From Camelus ferus (taxonomy: Eukaryota): 64,000 bases of DNA. Location of the stretch: contig NC_045697.1 of the NCBI RefSeq assembly GCF_009834535.1, positions 69,132,001 to 69,196,000 on the forward strand, read 5' to 3'. The notes beneath the pieces are model-generated. The model worked only from the letters and a program-made list of their open reading frames with translations, made no database searches and was not told the DNA's origin. Each line of letters begins with the position of its first letter. Positions within the stretch are counted from its first letter, which is position 1. Positions 37,601 to 51,642 of the stretch are shown piece by piece. The position numbers were made by a program, and so were the translations under genes.

Positions 37601-40121
37601 CTCCCAACAAGAGCTACTTAAGCAACAGCTGGCAGTAGTTCTCTTCTAAAAAAACACAAAAAACAAAAGGCCACAAAAAACCAATTTTAACCTGTAAGAG
37701 ACCAGTTTCTTTCTGCGATGAAAGCCTAGAGTTTTCTTTAATCAGAGTTGATGTATCTGTGAAATCTTTGTAGCAGTATTTATTATAACAAGAGTTGATC
37801 TATAATAAATAATTTAACCTGGAGCGAGTCTAGGGAAAAAGTTATCTACTAGATTAGGACATAATCATTCTGGATGTCATTGGATTGAGAATAGTAAATG
37901 GATAAGCTTCTTATGAATAATAAGAGTTTTCTCTTGTGACTTGCTTTAGGGGGTTTTGGTTGTTGCTGTTTTTACATTATACTCACTCGTGTAATTTTGT
38001 CATTTAACTCTAGAACTTTTACAGAAGGGAAATTTTGCTCTGCAGAGACTCTCTTATTTTCAGAACCCAGAAAAGCTTTTGAACTCTCTTTTCCATTTTT
38101 TGTTAACTTTTAGAAAGAAAAAAAAAGTATTGTTTTTAGACCTCCAATATTTTCGATACTAATGAATCTTGATTCTCTTTATTTTCCTTTGAAATTGCTA
38201 TTTGTCACTGAAATGTATAACCTGGGGTGTCAATTATAGGGGTAATCTGGGTGCAAAACATCTAATGCACATTTTGTGTAAAGAGGGCTTTCAAAGTAAA
38301 TTCATTTTAAACAACTGTAAATATTTTTAGTTTCTTATGTTCAGCACTAGATTTAGAATAAAAATTCTTCACTTTCCTGATGAGTCAACAAAAAGGTACT
38401 AAGTAACTGAAAAGGAAGTCTTGTATCTGCAGTGTGAATGTATAGAGTTTTTAAACACAAACCATCCTCTTGGTTGCTGTATTTAAGTCAGTTTGCTATT
38501 CAACATTATAATAGAGTTGTAACTTGCTTCAACTTGCAAGTTCTACTTCACTGTTACATCCTTTCTAATTTTTAATTTTTATATAGTTTTTTGAAATATA
38601 GATGTTCTATTAGACAAGGGTAATTTTCTTCAGTCTTCATTATGCCCAGATGATCCTTATACAGTTTGTATTAAAACTTCTCATCAAGATTTATATCTGC
38701 TTGTTTTTATTGTTTCAACTGTACATAGTTTATTTGACTGTAGATGGGGTTTTTATGCAAGTCTGTTAGTAGAAATATTGTGCTCTTTATAGTATGAATA
38801 ATATACACACCGTATATACATTACTGCTGTAGAGACTGTGTTGTGAATTGTTTTGACACAGTTTCATCATTAAGTCCTATTTACCAATAAGCTTAATAAT
38901 CTTATAGCATTGTGTATGAGGGCCTTTTCTTAGGAATAAGATAAACATGTTATAATCTTAAGAAACCTATTCTTTTTAGTAGTTGATCAACATAACTTCA
39001 ATTGAGTTACTGGAATTCTTGGCATATTTTTCTGGACCTGTGATCTATCTGTACCAATGTTTTAAACATTAAACTTGAAACTCAGGGGGAAAAAGGTTCT
39101 TCAACTTGAGATCTTCTCTCCAGATCTCCATTCTTTGGAGTTTCCATGAGTGGGACCTGAAGAACTTGGAACCATTGAAATTCAAATGTAGGTAGGTAAG
39201 TGTTCACACCAGCGCATGCGTTGATTGCCTTATATCTCTTTGTATATGCATCTGTATTGCACCCCCTCAGTGCCTTTCTTCCTCTTCCTCCCCATAGATC
39301 ATGCAGGGCCTGTGTCATCTTGATATGTAATTTTGTAATTCTGTATTTTGGTCAGTATTTGTCTGTGATGTGCATCAGGAGCAGTTTTTCAAAGTCTTCA
39401 GATGTTTATGACATTGTGCTGTCTCAAGACTGTCTTTCTCACATAAGTGTTTGCTCTGTATGGGCCTGGGTTGCATTTTTTGTGGATTGTGTTTGTTGAG
39501 CTCTGATAAACATTCCCTTGGAGTTGCTGGTACTTGCTGAAGGATGCAAAAGTCTCAGTCTTGCATTATGTCACTTACTCTCTCAAATGTATCTAGAGAA
39601 TGTGAACTCTTCCTGATTCTAAGAATTTCTTCCAGTTAGTCTTTGATTTTAAAGTCATGTTCCTGATAACATTCATAATAGCATGAGTGTCAGCTACTAC
39701 CCTTTGAAGTCCATTCAGTTTTCTTTGGGCATTAAGAAAAAGTGATTAAACTTAATCATTTGCTTCCAGCAATAAGAATTAATGCTAATTTATTCCACAC
39801 AAACAAGACCCCTACTTAACCCCTGAAAAAACTATTTGTTGATAACATACTAAGTTGTAACGAAATAAGCAACAGATTTAATCATGGAATATTCTCCTAA
39901 GCTTAAGTAGAATTTTTACTCAAATAAGCAAAATGAAATGTTTAGGTGCTTAAATTTGCTTGAAATATCTGAGAACCAAAATCTAGGATTCCTACCATGC
40001 TTTTTGATTTTAGTTTTTTCTGTTATCACATCTGCCAAGCATATCATTGATTTTCAGAATCTCTTTTCTATGTTTTGTTTTGTTTTTTTCCAATTCCTAT
40101 AAAAGTTAGGTAATCCATTGG

Positions 40122-40567
40122 CAGTGGTTCTTAAACTTTTGCTCTTTTAGATGCTTAAAAATTACTGAAGATCTCAAAGAACATTTGTTTATATATATAG
40201 ATTATATCTATCAGTATTTACTGTATTAGAAATTAAAATGGAGACAATTTTAAAAATTATTTAGTCTTGCATTTTAAAATAATAAAAACCCATAAATAAC
40301 ATATTTTTATGAAAAATAACTTCTCAAAGTTAAAAAAAATTGCTGAGGAGAATAGCATTTATTGTACTGTGGGTGTGTGATGGTGAGGAATATAAACAAC
40401 TAATAAAGTTGGGTGCCACTGACTGGTTTAATGCTAAAGCTCCAGCAGTTTTACCCACTGATGTTTTTTGTACCATCAGTGCAAGTGTCAATACAAATCG
40501 AATCGTGGTATTTTTATGAAAGTAGTTTTGACCTAGTGATCCTCTGACTGCACTTTGGGAACCACGT
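40122..40567 (+). mobile_element. hAT-Charlie-type DNA transposon (internal deletion product)
   Basis: Terminal inverted repeats cagtggttcttaaa...tttgggaaccac; internal cttaaaaattactgaagatctcaaagaacatttgttta. Confidence 0.75.
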
Positions 40568-43186
40568 TCTAGGATGCCTGTTTATCTTGAAATGAAAACT
40601 TGTATCAACCTGTTCAGGTTTTTTCCCTCTTCTGGGCCTTCATTATCAAAGGAGAATGACTTGCTTTGCAGTTGGTATGAGCAGATTTTAGAGTTATCAG
40701 AGTATAATTTTTGTTTTAGTTAGCCTCATAGAAATGGATATAAAAGAAAGCACCCATGTGGTCCAAAATGATTTCTGTCCATTGGATAACTATATATTTT
40801 TCTCTTTACTTGTGTGTGGTATGTGTGTTGTATGTGAGTATACAAATAATTTGGCTCCTGGGTAGCTTGATAACACATTTTCATGAAGCAATGTGATTTT
40901 CATGAATTAGGACAATTCACACCATATTCCATGGAGCTATGCTACTTTTTCTCCTGATCTACCACAATTTCAAATATTGCTGCTTCAATTTGTAAGCCAA
41001 AGATTTTATGAAACTCTGCAATATTTCTTAACTTTTTTGTCCCTCTTTTCCCTGGAACCAAAATTCATAATATTGTAAAAGTGGTCCAAGAAAGTAGTAG
41101 AGATGCCAAGTTAAGAGAACATGAAGAACGTCACCTTCTACGTGGCATTCTCCTGTTGAGTTATCTCCTTCAGAAAAGTTGTTATTCCTCTGATGTCCCT
41201 GGACTGTTGGGTTTTTATTGTTTGCACCAACAGTACTGAGGGGGTGTGTGATGCTTACATATATGCAGACATATAGTGGAGTTTGACTCACACTCAATGC
41301 ATGCGCTAGTGCTCACGCTTACGTACCTGAAATTTAATGATTCAACAGCTCTGCAGCATTTGAAGAGGTAGTCAAAATGAATAAATTTAAAAAATGAAAG
41401 TTAAAAATACTACTAAAGAACAAGGATCTGCAGAGGTGATTCAATAATAAGGAACTCTACTGGTAAGTAATCAAAATAATTTTTCACTTGGAAAGCTTCT
41501 TGGTGCATGATCATTAAAAATACTATAACCATAATACAAATATTCTGCCAATATAACACATAGGTATAATACTATAACAGGTATAATGCTATAGGTCTAA
41601 CGAGTAATTTGCCTCTAAGTATAGCAAATCATTCATTAATGACTGAAGGGTATAGTTTGAAAAAGATGTTTAACATCAAAAGCATAAAAACAAATCATTT
41701 AGTTGAATATATTATATTCTTTGATTTCTCTCACTTTTTAGGACAGACTTCATAATTCCATTGCAAAATTTGAAATTGTTTTAGACTATTTGAACTCTAA
41801 ATGTAAACTTTACTTTTTCTCCAACCTGTTTTCTATTCTTGTTTTGGTAATAGACCCCTTTCTAGTATAGATGGGCCCCCACAACTGAACCAGATAATAT
41901 CTGTAATTATCAGTTTTCAGGGCCAATAAGCCTCTGTTGTCTATCTTTTTATACTTCACTCTAAAAGCAGGAAAAATTAACAAGGACCACCAGGCAAGTA
42001 ATCAGTTGGCATGTGAGACAGCTTAACCTTGCCTTTATGTTCTTTCTGATAATCATCCAGCCACCTCCTTATCTATAGGTTAAGAACTATGAAGAGTGGT
42101 AAAGAGATTAGTAGGCAGCTCTGTCAAGGGAAGCATGCCATGAGGAAAATGTGTTTTATAAGAAACAGATTTTTATCTTTAGATTCCCAATAAGTAACTT
42201 AAAAGAACTTGGAGAAAATTATTAGCTTGAAAACTGCATAAATTTTAAAAGAAAAGTTTTGAAAGCATTCCTACATCTTTGGATGACTCAGTTATTAATA
42301 GTGATAGTGTTTTGCATAGACATGTATTTCTGTCTTCTTAGCTTTTTCTGAGAGGCAATACTTTTGGTTTTAGTTTAGGTTTGCTTACCTTCAACTCTGC
42401 TATGGGTATTCAGTTATCGTTCATGAAGAGCCATTTTGGAGGCCAAAGCATACTGAGTAGTTTAAAACCAATTAGTTTCTTAGAATATGAAGGCAGGCGA
42501 TGATAACAAAGCCATGTTGACCTCGTTTGCTTCACCTCTGAAGTCAAATTTTCCTTTCTTTACTAAGATGAGTGTCATTTTAAATAGAACTTTGCAAAGA
42601 AAAATATTGTAAATAACCCATTTTTTTCCTTGTTAAAGCTACTTTCTGTCCTAGCAGCCATCGAAGAACCCTCTGCTACAAGTAAACAGTAATTTGTGTG
42701 TATTGCGCACTTTTCCATTATGATGAGGCAGCTGGATTTTAGGGATTCTAAGATTCTTATCTTCTCTCTTGGTCTTTATTAAACTTGCTTTTTTTCCTTA
42801 TGCTTTTCATATACTCTGTGATTTCCTGTAATGTAAATGTTACTTTGTCTAACCTCTAAACTTAAAAACCAGTGCTAACATTTAATTATTTATACATTTT
42901 AAAGCCTACTGTATATAGTTATAAGACCTTATTTAAAAAAAATGTTTTGACATATTATTTGAATTATTTTCATTTCTAAATTTTTTTCATCATTGAAAAG
43001 GTTTAAAATTCAACTCTTCTAAACTAATGTCTTAAAACATTTTCAAGATAATTATATGACTGGATTTAATCTTGCTTTATTGTAATTGAAATAGTATTGA
43101 GTTTGCAATAGGGAAAATAAGAGGTATTTTCTTCTTACTAACGTCCATTTAATACATAAACACTTTTGTTGTTGTTGTTTTTACAG

Positions 43187-43315
43187 ATTCCCTTCAAGCT
43201 CAGCTTATCAACATGGGTGTTATTCCTACCTTAGTTAAATTACTGGGCATCCACTGCCAAAATGCAGCTCTTACAGAAATGTGTCTTGTTGCATTTGGCA
43301 ATTTAGCAGAACTTG
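43187..43315 (+). CDS. RAP1GDS1: RAP1GDS1 exon 6 (129 nt): (D)SLQAQLINMGVIPTLVKLLGIHCQNAALTEMCLVAFGNLAEL(E)
   Basis: Acceptor tttttacag|ATTCC, donor CTTG|gtaagt; frame continuous with neighbouring exons. Confidence 0.97.
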
Positions 43316-45374
43316 GTAAGTCCTTGTTGTGAATCAAACATATAATTAACTTACTACTGTGCGTATAATAAATTTTCCTTTAGATGTTAACAACCTGGAA
43401 ATCCATTTAGATTATATTAGTTTATTTTTTTTTTAAGCATTGTAGATACTTGCTTCAATGTTTAAAAAAAATGTAGTATTGTTTACAGTTGGAGCTACTT
43501 TGCTTCCCTGATTATTTTATGTATTAACATTTAAGGTTTAAACTTGTGTACTATTTTATAGAATTGAATGTTTTAAATGATCTCCACTTTAGTATTCTTA
43601 TATGAGGGTTAGGGCTGGTCTTAAAATCAAATATTGTATTTCTGGGGCAAAAATAAAGGACTTCATAATTTATTACATTCTGTATAAATTATTGGCTTCT
43701 CATTTGAAAAGAATCTAGCAGACTACAGTTCTTCCCCTTCGTTTTACAAAATCCCTAAAAATGATAGAAGAATTTTTCATAGGAATATATTTGTTAAGGA
43801 TTTTTTTTTAATATGAGAAATTCTTGAAAATCAGAAGGCAGACAAAAACAGACCAGAGCTGGTAACGCAGCCCAGTCCTAACAGAGAAGGGGACTGATGA
43901 CCCCAGCACCCCCATCTCTTTTTCCCTGTTTCTTTTTTCTCTATGTCATGTATATCGCTCTTTCTTCTTTTTCTCCTCCCTCCCCATGATTCTTGATAGA
44001 ACATTACAACTCCTCGTCTGAATCCACCCTGCAACCATGTTCATAAATTGTTCATTATGAGGATAGTCAAATCAAATGATATTTCATCATTGCTAAAATA
44101 ACTATAACAAACAAGTAAATCAATTCTATTAATTACCCCCATTTTATAAATAAATAAACAGAAGCACCAGGATTCTAACTTTCGTTTTCCCAACTGAAAG
44201 CTCTTGTCCTTACACACTCGTTAAAATCTTGATTTCAGTACCTAACTTGAAGTCAAAGCAGAAGTAAAGGGAATAGGGATTATTTATCAAAGTTAATTTT
44301 TAAAATTCATTTTTATTCAGTGGGTCATCTCCTGGTATTTGTGAATGTTTCTTATCGTCTCTCCTCTTCTGCTTTTCTTCTTTTTCATACTGTCATTATT
44401 TCTATCATTCAAGTAACACCAAGAGTAGAAGAACATTCAGTTACTGTTTCACAAGTTATTTTCCATTATTAAAATGGAATGTAGGAGTTTGTGCTTAGGA
44501 TAGTTTGTAGAAATAAAACAAATCATGTTATACTCCCTGGTAATGTTATAACCTTTGTAACAGAAACAAACACCATTTAATATAAGTTTACTGTATTAAG
44601 GAATCAGGATTTGTTTGGGAGATTACATAGACCACCTCATTACAATTCAGCCCTGTCTCCATGGGCTATAATAAAAGCTGAATATGCACCTAGTTTAGTT
44701 TAGCCCAATTTGATACTCTTTTCCCAGCTGTTTCTGCCCTTATCCCATATGGAGGGGGGAAAAAGGATGAAAGAGAAATATTTCTTTATTGCTAAGATTT
44801 TTAGAGTATAAGTCATGAATCTGTTATGCTCATATAATAGCTAGGTTATACATCAACACTGAAATAGAATATGTATGCCCCAAAATACTTTTTCTCTTTT
44901 CAGTGTGGGCTTTATTGCCCATGAGTTAATAAATCACCTAGTATTATTTTATTGACACAGGTAAAGATCAGGATCATATCACATACTTCTTAGTATGGCA
45001 TATCACTAAATGCTAGAGTTATTACTTTTTGTCAAAAATTTTTAATAAAATTTGTGTGGTTTTGCTCACTAAAGATACATAATAGCTTAAAGACAAAATA
45101 TAAGATAATTTAACAAGTATAATCTGTTTCAGAATTGGGGCCAGAAAAGGAATGTGCAGCTCTACCTTTTATTGTTCTCTTTGAATCCTAGTAATATATG
45201 CATACATAATTTTTCTATATTCACAATTGTAGCATAAATACAATTTTAGTTAAACTTGGCATTCTTATTTAACATTATAGATTAAACAGATTGGGATTTT
45301 TACCCTTTTTGTTTGGCTTCAAAATCTTTTATAAATAAAATTGCCTGCTTAAAATACTAGTATTTTGGGGGTAG

Positions 45375-46960
45375 AGATGTTAGAATGAAAATGTACACTT
45401 AATTTCACTCCCTTCTGGAACCAACTAAAACTACAGTAAAGAGATTCTTTTTAAAGTACTAAGCCCTCAAAGAAAGGGAGAAATAAAAAACAAGTAGAGG
45501 GGGTAACACAAAAACATTTTAGAACCTGTGAAGAAAAACAAGCAGTAACTCACTTAGCAAAATTTTGAAATCTAAATCCAGAATTGGAAAGACAAGAATT
45601 AACCAGTTTGCTCTTTGGGATCTTCAAAATGTTTAGGATTTGTTGTCATCAGGATTTCTAACCCTCTTTCCCATCCCACATTATGGTAACTACCCCTTCC
45701 CATCTAAGCAGAAGACTGTATTTATTCTCTGGAGAGACTGAAAATACAGGGTTGGTAGACTAAGGACATCAGACTAAGATGAAGTAAGAGGTACCAGAGT
45801 ACTATTCTGAAAATAGATAAAGTGAAAGTAAATATGCCAAATTACCCCATTTGTCCTCCAGAACATAAAGAAACTGGGGTTTCTCTACAAAAGAGGCATC
45901 TTCAGGGACTCCTGCAGTCAGCAAGACCACTCATACTTATAGCTCCTAATTAATTTTTAAACCTCAATTCTTAATCAATGGCAGACAACTAGAGAGGTGA
46001 AGACAGCCTCTGAAATGGAAGATGCTGAAATGAACAGGAAAAAGTAACTTGGAGGAAACAGAAACTATGCAGGGTGGGGGAAATAAACTAATATCCTCAG
46101 ATAAATGAGAAAAATTCTGTAAGCATGAGACTAATAGTTTAGAAAACTAAAGTTTCCTATTAGTTTAGAAAACCAAAGAAGCTGGAACATTAAAAATACA
46201 ATAGCTAAAATGAAAGACAGTAAAATGAGTGAAAGAAGTATTTACAGAAGTAAAGCAAAAAACAGATGGAAATAGAAGAGAAAATGTAGATAGAAGATCA
46301 AAGCAAGAGTTCTAGAAAGAGGTAAACAGGAGGAAATTGCCAAATAACTCAGATATCACAGAACTGAAGTATGCATTTCTCCAGATTGGAAGAGTCTGTC
46401 AAATGCTTAGTCTAGTGGATGAAGATAATTCCCCAGACCACTGCACATCGATACGAAACTTTTGTGTAATGCGGACAAAGAGTACCTTTTACAGACTTCC
46501 AGAGAGAGGGGAAAAAACTTGAATACAAAAGAGTGGGAATCAGTAGACATCAGATGTCTCAAAACAACACTGGTAGAAGATGGAGTATTGCCTTCAAAAA
46601 TTTGAGGAAAGATTATTTCCAATATAGAATTCTATACCCAAACTATCAATCAAGTGTGAGGTTATAATAATGACACTGTCAAACATGAATGTCTCAGAAA
46701 ACTGGTACCCTACATACCTTTCCTCTGGAAGCCACTGGAAGATAGATGTATTGCACCAAAACAAGGGATATAAATAAGACTATATAAATAAGATTATGTA
46801 GGAATCAGGAAGAGTGTCTAACATAGGAAGAAGATAGGATTCATCAAGATAATGATAAAAATTCCAGGCTGTTAATTGTGTCCCACAAACATTGAGAGCA
46901 ACCAATCTAGATTGGATTTGGTCAGAATTCTTTGAGAAAAACTTGTAAGTAAATTGACAG
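45375..46960 (+). mobile_element. Old L1M 5' UTR/ORF1 remnant, sense orientation
   Basis: A-rich; gccttcaaaaatttgaggaaagattatttccaatatagaattctatacccaaactatcaatcaagtgtgag is L1M ORF1-like. Confidence 0.7.
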
Positions 46961-46964
46961 GATA

Positions 46965-47760
46965 TCTGATGTAGCAAAAGAAGTTGAGAAAAGAATTGGA
47001 GAAAATGAAATGGATTCTGGTTGTATTTTGGAGGTAGATTGGTAGACCTTGGTAATTGGATGTATTGTTGAGTGAGAAGAAGTGAGCAGTCATTCCCAGG
47101 TTTCTGCCTGCATGGCAGGTAGATAGATGGTACACATATTTACCAAATTAAGGAAGTCTGGAGGAAGAAGATTTCAGGGTAGTATCAAAAGTCCATTTTA
47201 GACATAGAGTTTGGATGCTAGGCAGATACTCCAATGGAAATGTTAAATGGCCAGTTAAATAAGTAGTGTGGAGTCCAGAAGAGGGTAGAGATGTGATTGT
47301 ATAAGCACCAAAACATACGGGTGCTGTTTTGATGTTGTGGGAGAGAACTAGATTGTTTAGTGTGAGCATAGGGACCAAAAAGGTGAGAGAACAAAGGATC
47401 AAGTCTCAAGGAACAAGAATTTATAGAGGTCTGGGGGAAAAGAGGAGCAAGCAAAGGAGAGTACAGAGTGTAGAGGTGACCAAAACTAATTTGAGGTGGG
47501 TTTAGAAATGCATGTGAGTTGAGAAACTAGAGAGAGTGTGTGTAGACAATGCTGTCAAGAAACTTGTTTGTGAAAGTGAACAGATTAGATGGTAGTTGAA
47601 TAAAAGTAGAGAGAAGGTGTTTATTTTTAATATTGCTTTTTTATGTGAGAAATATTAAAGCATATTTAAATGCTAATGATGAGGCCCTAGAGTGAAGAGG
47701 AGAGGTTGGAGATAGTAAAGAGGCAGGAGGGAATGAGACCCCAAATACACATGAGAAATT
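46965..47760 (-). mobile_element. L2 LINE fragment
   Basis: tcccaggtttctgcctgcatggcaggtagatagatggt...tcaaaagtccattttagacatagagtttggatgc...gtggagtccagaagagggtagag. Confidence 0.75.
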
Positions 47761-48192
47761 GGCCTTTGATAGAGCAAAACAGGAACAGAGCGAAAGCATA
47801 CCACTTTGATGGCATAAAGATAAGTCACCAGTAATTCAGCCATGTAAAATGTAGTCTGTTATGAGTAATTTTTCTTCTTTGACTAAAAGCCTTGAAACTA
47901 TGAATTTATAACAGTAATTTTATTGTTGCTATGGTTACCTATATGTCATGCTACTGAACATTTATTTTTATAGCCTCAAATATAATTGGGTCAGAACATT
48001 TTCTTTAAAGCCTTAGACATTTTTCCCCTTCAGGGGCATTTTTAAAAAACAGATTTGATTGTTCCTGTATTTGAAGAGTGTTTGTATTTATGAGTAATGG
48101 TACAAAATGACCAAGTATTGAAAGTAGTCGAAAACAAATTCTGGACTTAATTTTGTTTGCTTACTCTAAATTTTCCTCCAATTTTTTTGCAG

Positions 48193-48318
48193 AGTCAAGT
48201 AAAGAGCAGTTTGCCAGTACAAACATTGCTGAAGAGCTGGTAAAACTCTTCAAGAAACAAATAGAACATGATAAGAGGGAAATGGTTTTTGAAGTTCTTG
48301 CTCCGTTGGCAGAAAATG
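48193..48318 (+). CDS. RAP1GDS1: RAP1GDS1 exon 7 (126 nt): (E)SSKEQFASTNIAEELVKLFKKQIEHDKREMVFEVLAPLAEN(D)
   Basis: Acceptor tttttgcag|AGTCA, donor AATG|gtgaga; lies within ORF-track entry 48153..48350. Confidence 0.97.
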
Positions 48319-50801
48319 GTGAGAAAATAAATATACCTCTTGATTTTTGATAATGTAGGCGCCTTCCATTTTTTTCTAATATTATTTAATTGCCATCTCT
48401 TAATATCAAAATTCTTCTTTGTTTTATTAATGATGTGATAAGTTTTATTTTGTTTATCTCTAACTTCAGCTGCATTATTACTTCATAACTATATCTATGT
48501 TGGCCAAAGCTACTTCCCAAGTTTTTTGATTTTTAAATCCTGGCAAAGTTGGTTTTGCAGCTTACACATTCTCATGCCAATCTGGAAAAGGCAGCTGAGA
48601 GGCTAAACTCCACTTATGTATCCTCGCAGGGCAGAGGGGATAAAAGTTGGAGTACCAGACCTGCTAACCCTTGTGGACACTGGTAAATTACTCCTGTCTT
48701 TGGGCAAAAAAATCTTAGGGGATACATCCTAGGAATAAGAGAGACCAGCTTAAACAAACCATCCCATATAAATAATTTTTGAAATACAGTGTCTAGCACA
48801 TAATCAAAGAGGACCAGACACGTGAGGAGACAAGACATTGTAAACAAGAATCAGCACAAAGAACAGGCAACATCAGCAAATCTCCAGATACTAGAATTAT
48901 TAGACATTGATTTGAAACAGGTATGCTTATTATGTTCAAAGAATTTTAAGCAACCTTCAAAATTTTAGAAAGAAACTATAAAAAGTGACAAAGTAGATAT
49001 GAAAAAGAAACAATTAGAAATTCCTGAATTGAAAAATACCACAAAAGTTAAGAACCTAATGGATGAGTTTAACAATGGGTAAAATATAGTTGAGTTTGAG
49101 AACCAGTGAGCTGGAAAATAGATTGGAAGGAAATCCAGAAAGAAATATAGAGAAAAAAAGAACCAGTATACATAAAAGAGCATCAGGGGTACAGAGCATA
49201 AAGTGAAAAGGCCTCATATACATTTTTTGGAGTCCCAGAAAACGGGGAGGTCGGAGGGCAGAAGCAATGATTGAAGAAATTTTGGCAGAGCATTACCAGA
49301 AATTATGAAAGCTATCAAAGGTTCAAGAAACCCAATGAATTTAAAATATGATGAAAAGAAATATACATTTAGATACATACTGAAATTACCAAAAAAAAAA
49401 AACAAAACAAAAAAACCAAAAAAAAACCAATGACAAAAATCTTAAAAGAGCCAGGAGAAAAATAGATTACCTTAAAAGAGGCAAAAGTTTGACAGCTGAT
49501 TTCTCAACAGCAACAGTGGAAGCCAGATGGCCAACATTTTGTATGTGCTGAAAGAAAATAAATACCACCTAAAATTCTAAACCCAGTGAAAATACCCTTC
49601 AAGACTGAAAGCAAAATATATTTTCAGATTAAAAACTGAGAAAGTTCACCACTAATATACCCTCAGTAAAAGGAATTATAAAAGATGTTTGTTAGATAAA
49701 AGAAAAATGATACCCTCCCCTTGCCCCCCTTTAAAAAAAGGAAACAGATTCCAGAGGGAAGGTTATAGATGCAAGGGAGGAGAAAGAGCAAAAAACGAGT
49801 AAATATATAGGTAAATCTCATGGGCATTGAATGGATAAAATAATAAAAATAATTCGTGTTAAGTTTAAAGTATATAGGTATATAATTTAAAATATACCAC
49901 AAAATGAGTATATAAATCTGGAGGGAAGTAAGAGTATGATCTGGAAGAAAGTACTATTAGGCTCTGATTAATAAGTGATTTTAATTTTTAAGGTGAACCA
50001 AAATAATTTTTAAAACCAATGTGTAACTACCAAAATAATAGAAGGATTTCTGGGAAGATTTTTTTTTACTGCTCCATCAATCCAAAATAATAGAATAATG
50101 GAGAGATAAGGGGACATGGAGTAAGAGGTACAAATAGGACAGAAAAAATGTACTAGATTTATGGTACAGTATTTCAAGTAAGTACAATAAATGTATATGG
50201 CCTAAATGCTTTAATTAAAAGACCAATTATCCACTGAATATTTAAAAACCAACTATACTTCAAACAAGCAACACTTCTTAAATACAAGGAGATTCAAAAG
50301 GTTGAGATTAAAAAGACTAAAAACATAATACTATTCAAACCTAAAAAAGGCTGAGGTAGTCATCTTAATGTCAGATAAAGTAGACTTTAATGTTAAAAGA
50401 CTTGCTAGAGATAAAAAAAAAAAGGTGACTTTATTGTGATGAAAAGTTCAATTCACCTGGAAGGTATAAAAAATTATTCATTATCCTAAAATATATAAAG
50501 CAAAAATATTCAGAACTATGAGGAGAAACAGACAAATTCACAAAAATCATGGGTGATTTTAATACCTTTCAGTAATTTGTAGAACAAACATAAAAAAACA
50601 GGGATATAGAAAATGTGAGCAACGTGTAAGAAAATTGATTTAATGGACATTTTAGAACACTGCACCCAGCTTCAGAGCCCCTTCTTCTCAAGTAAATATG
50701 AAGCATTTAGAAGATGTATACTCATTGTGGGAAAAGTTTCAACAAATTTCACAGGATTGCAGTCTTAGAGTATGAATTACGTAGTAACTAAACTAAAATC
50801 C

Positions 50802-50827
50802 ATGTATGTATGTATGTATGTATGTAT
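50802..50827. repeat. (TATG)n microsatellite
   Basis: Directly visible. Confidence 0.9.
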
Positions 50828-51254
50828 TAAGAAATATGCTTCAGATGCCTCAGAGGTCAAAGAAGAATCATGGTGGAAATTAGAAGTTTTTTTTAAACAA
50901 ATGAAAATACTATCTCAAACCTTATGTGATGCAGGTAAAGTCATTTAGAAGGTTTCTGTTTTGTTTTGTTTTGCTTTGCTTTAAATGAATATATTAGAAA
51001 AGGAAAAAAGCTAAAATCAATGAACTCTATTAATTGCTGGAATTGAAGGGGGAAAAACATAAATTAAACCCAAAGAAAGTAGAAGGAAGGAAATATAAAG
51101 AACTGAAATTAATAAAATAGAAAATACATAGTGCAGTATAAGCCTATATTTGCTAATGTTGAATCTGAAAAGATGTCATACAACTAGTAAATCCCTAGTA
51201 AGATTAATCAGGAAAAAAAGAGAAGGCACAAATAACCAAAATCAAGAAAGCAGA

Positions 51255-51642
51255 AGTGAGCTGGAAAGAGAAAGAAAAATGCCATATGACATCTTTTATA
51301 TGAAGAATCTAAAAAATAATAACAATAAAATAATGACACAAATGAACTAATAATTATTTTGATTTCTTGAATATGTGTAAGCACATTGACTGTCCTTTAT
51401 GATTGGATTACCACATTCTGTTGATTCTTATTTTGCATTCGGCTTTATTCCTTTGATAACTATGTAAGTTTAAAAAGCTAAATATCTGATCTCTCCTGAG
51501 AAATAATAACTAGTACATATATGAAAACTAAAAAAAGTGCTGTATACTGAATATATGTATTTACATGCAATATAATGTGTATGTGCAGTTGAACTGTAGT
51601 AATTCTACATAATAAAACTGGGGAAAAAAAAGGAAAAAAAAT
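51255..51642 (+). mobile_element. Young retro-insertion within the old L1M: L1 3' fragment, ~270 bp of unassigned sequence, AATAAA and an A-tail
   Basis: 51253-51315 matches the reverse complement of 59826-59888 (10 mismatches in 63 nt by hand alignment). AATAAA at 51611. Flanking direct repeat gaaagcaga at 51246 and 51643. Confidence 0.7.

Noticed and set aside
21400..49900. Inverted old L1M ORF1 copies flanking exons 5-7
   Set aside because: A by-eye comparison shows only patchy similarity, too diverged to support a duplex.
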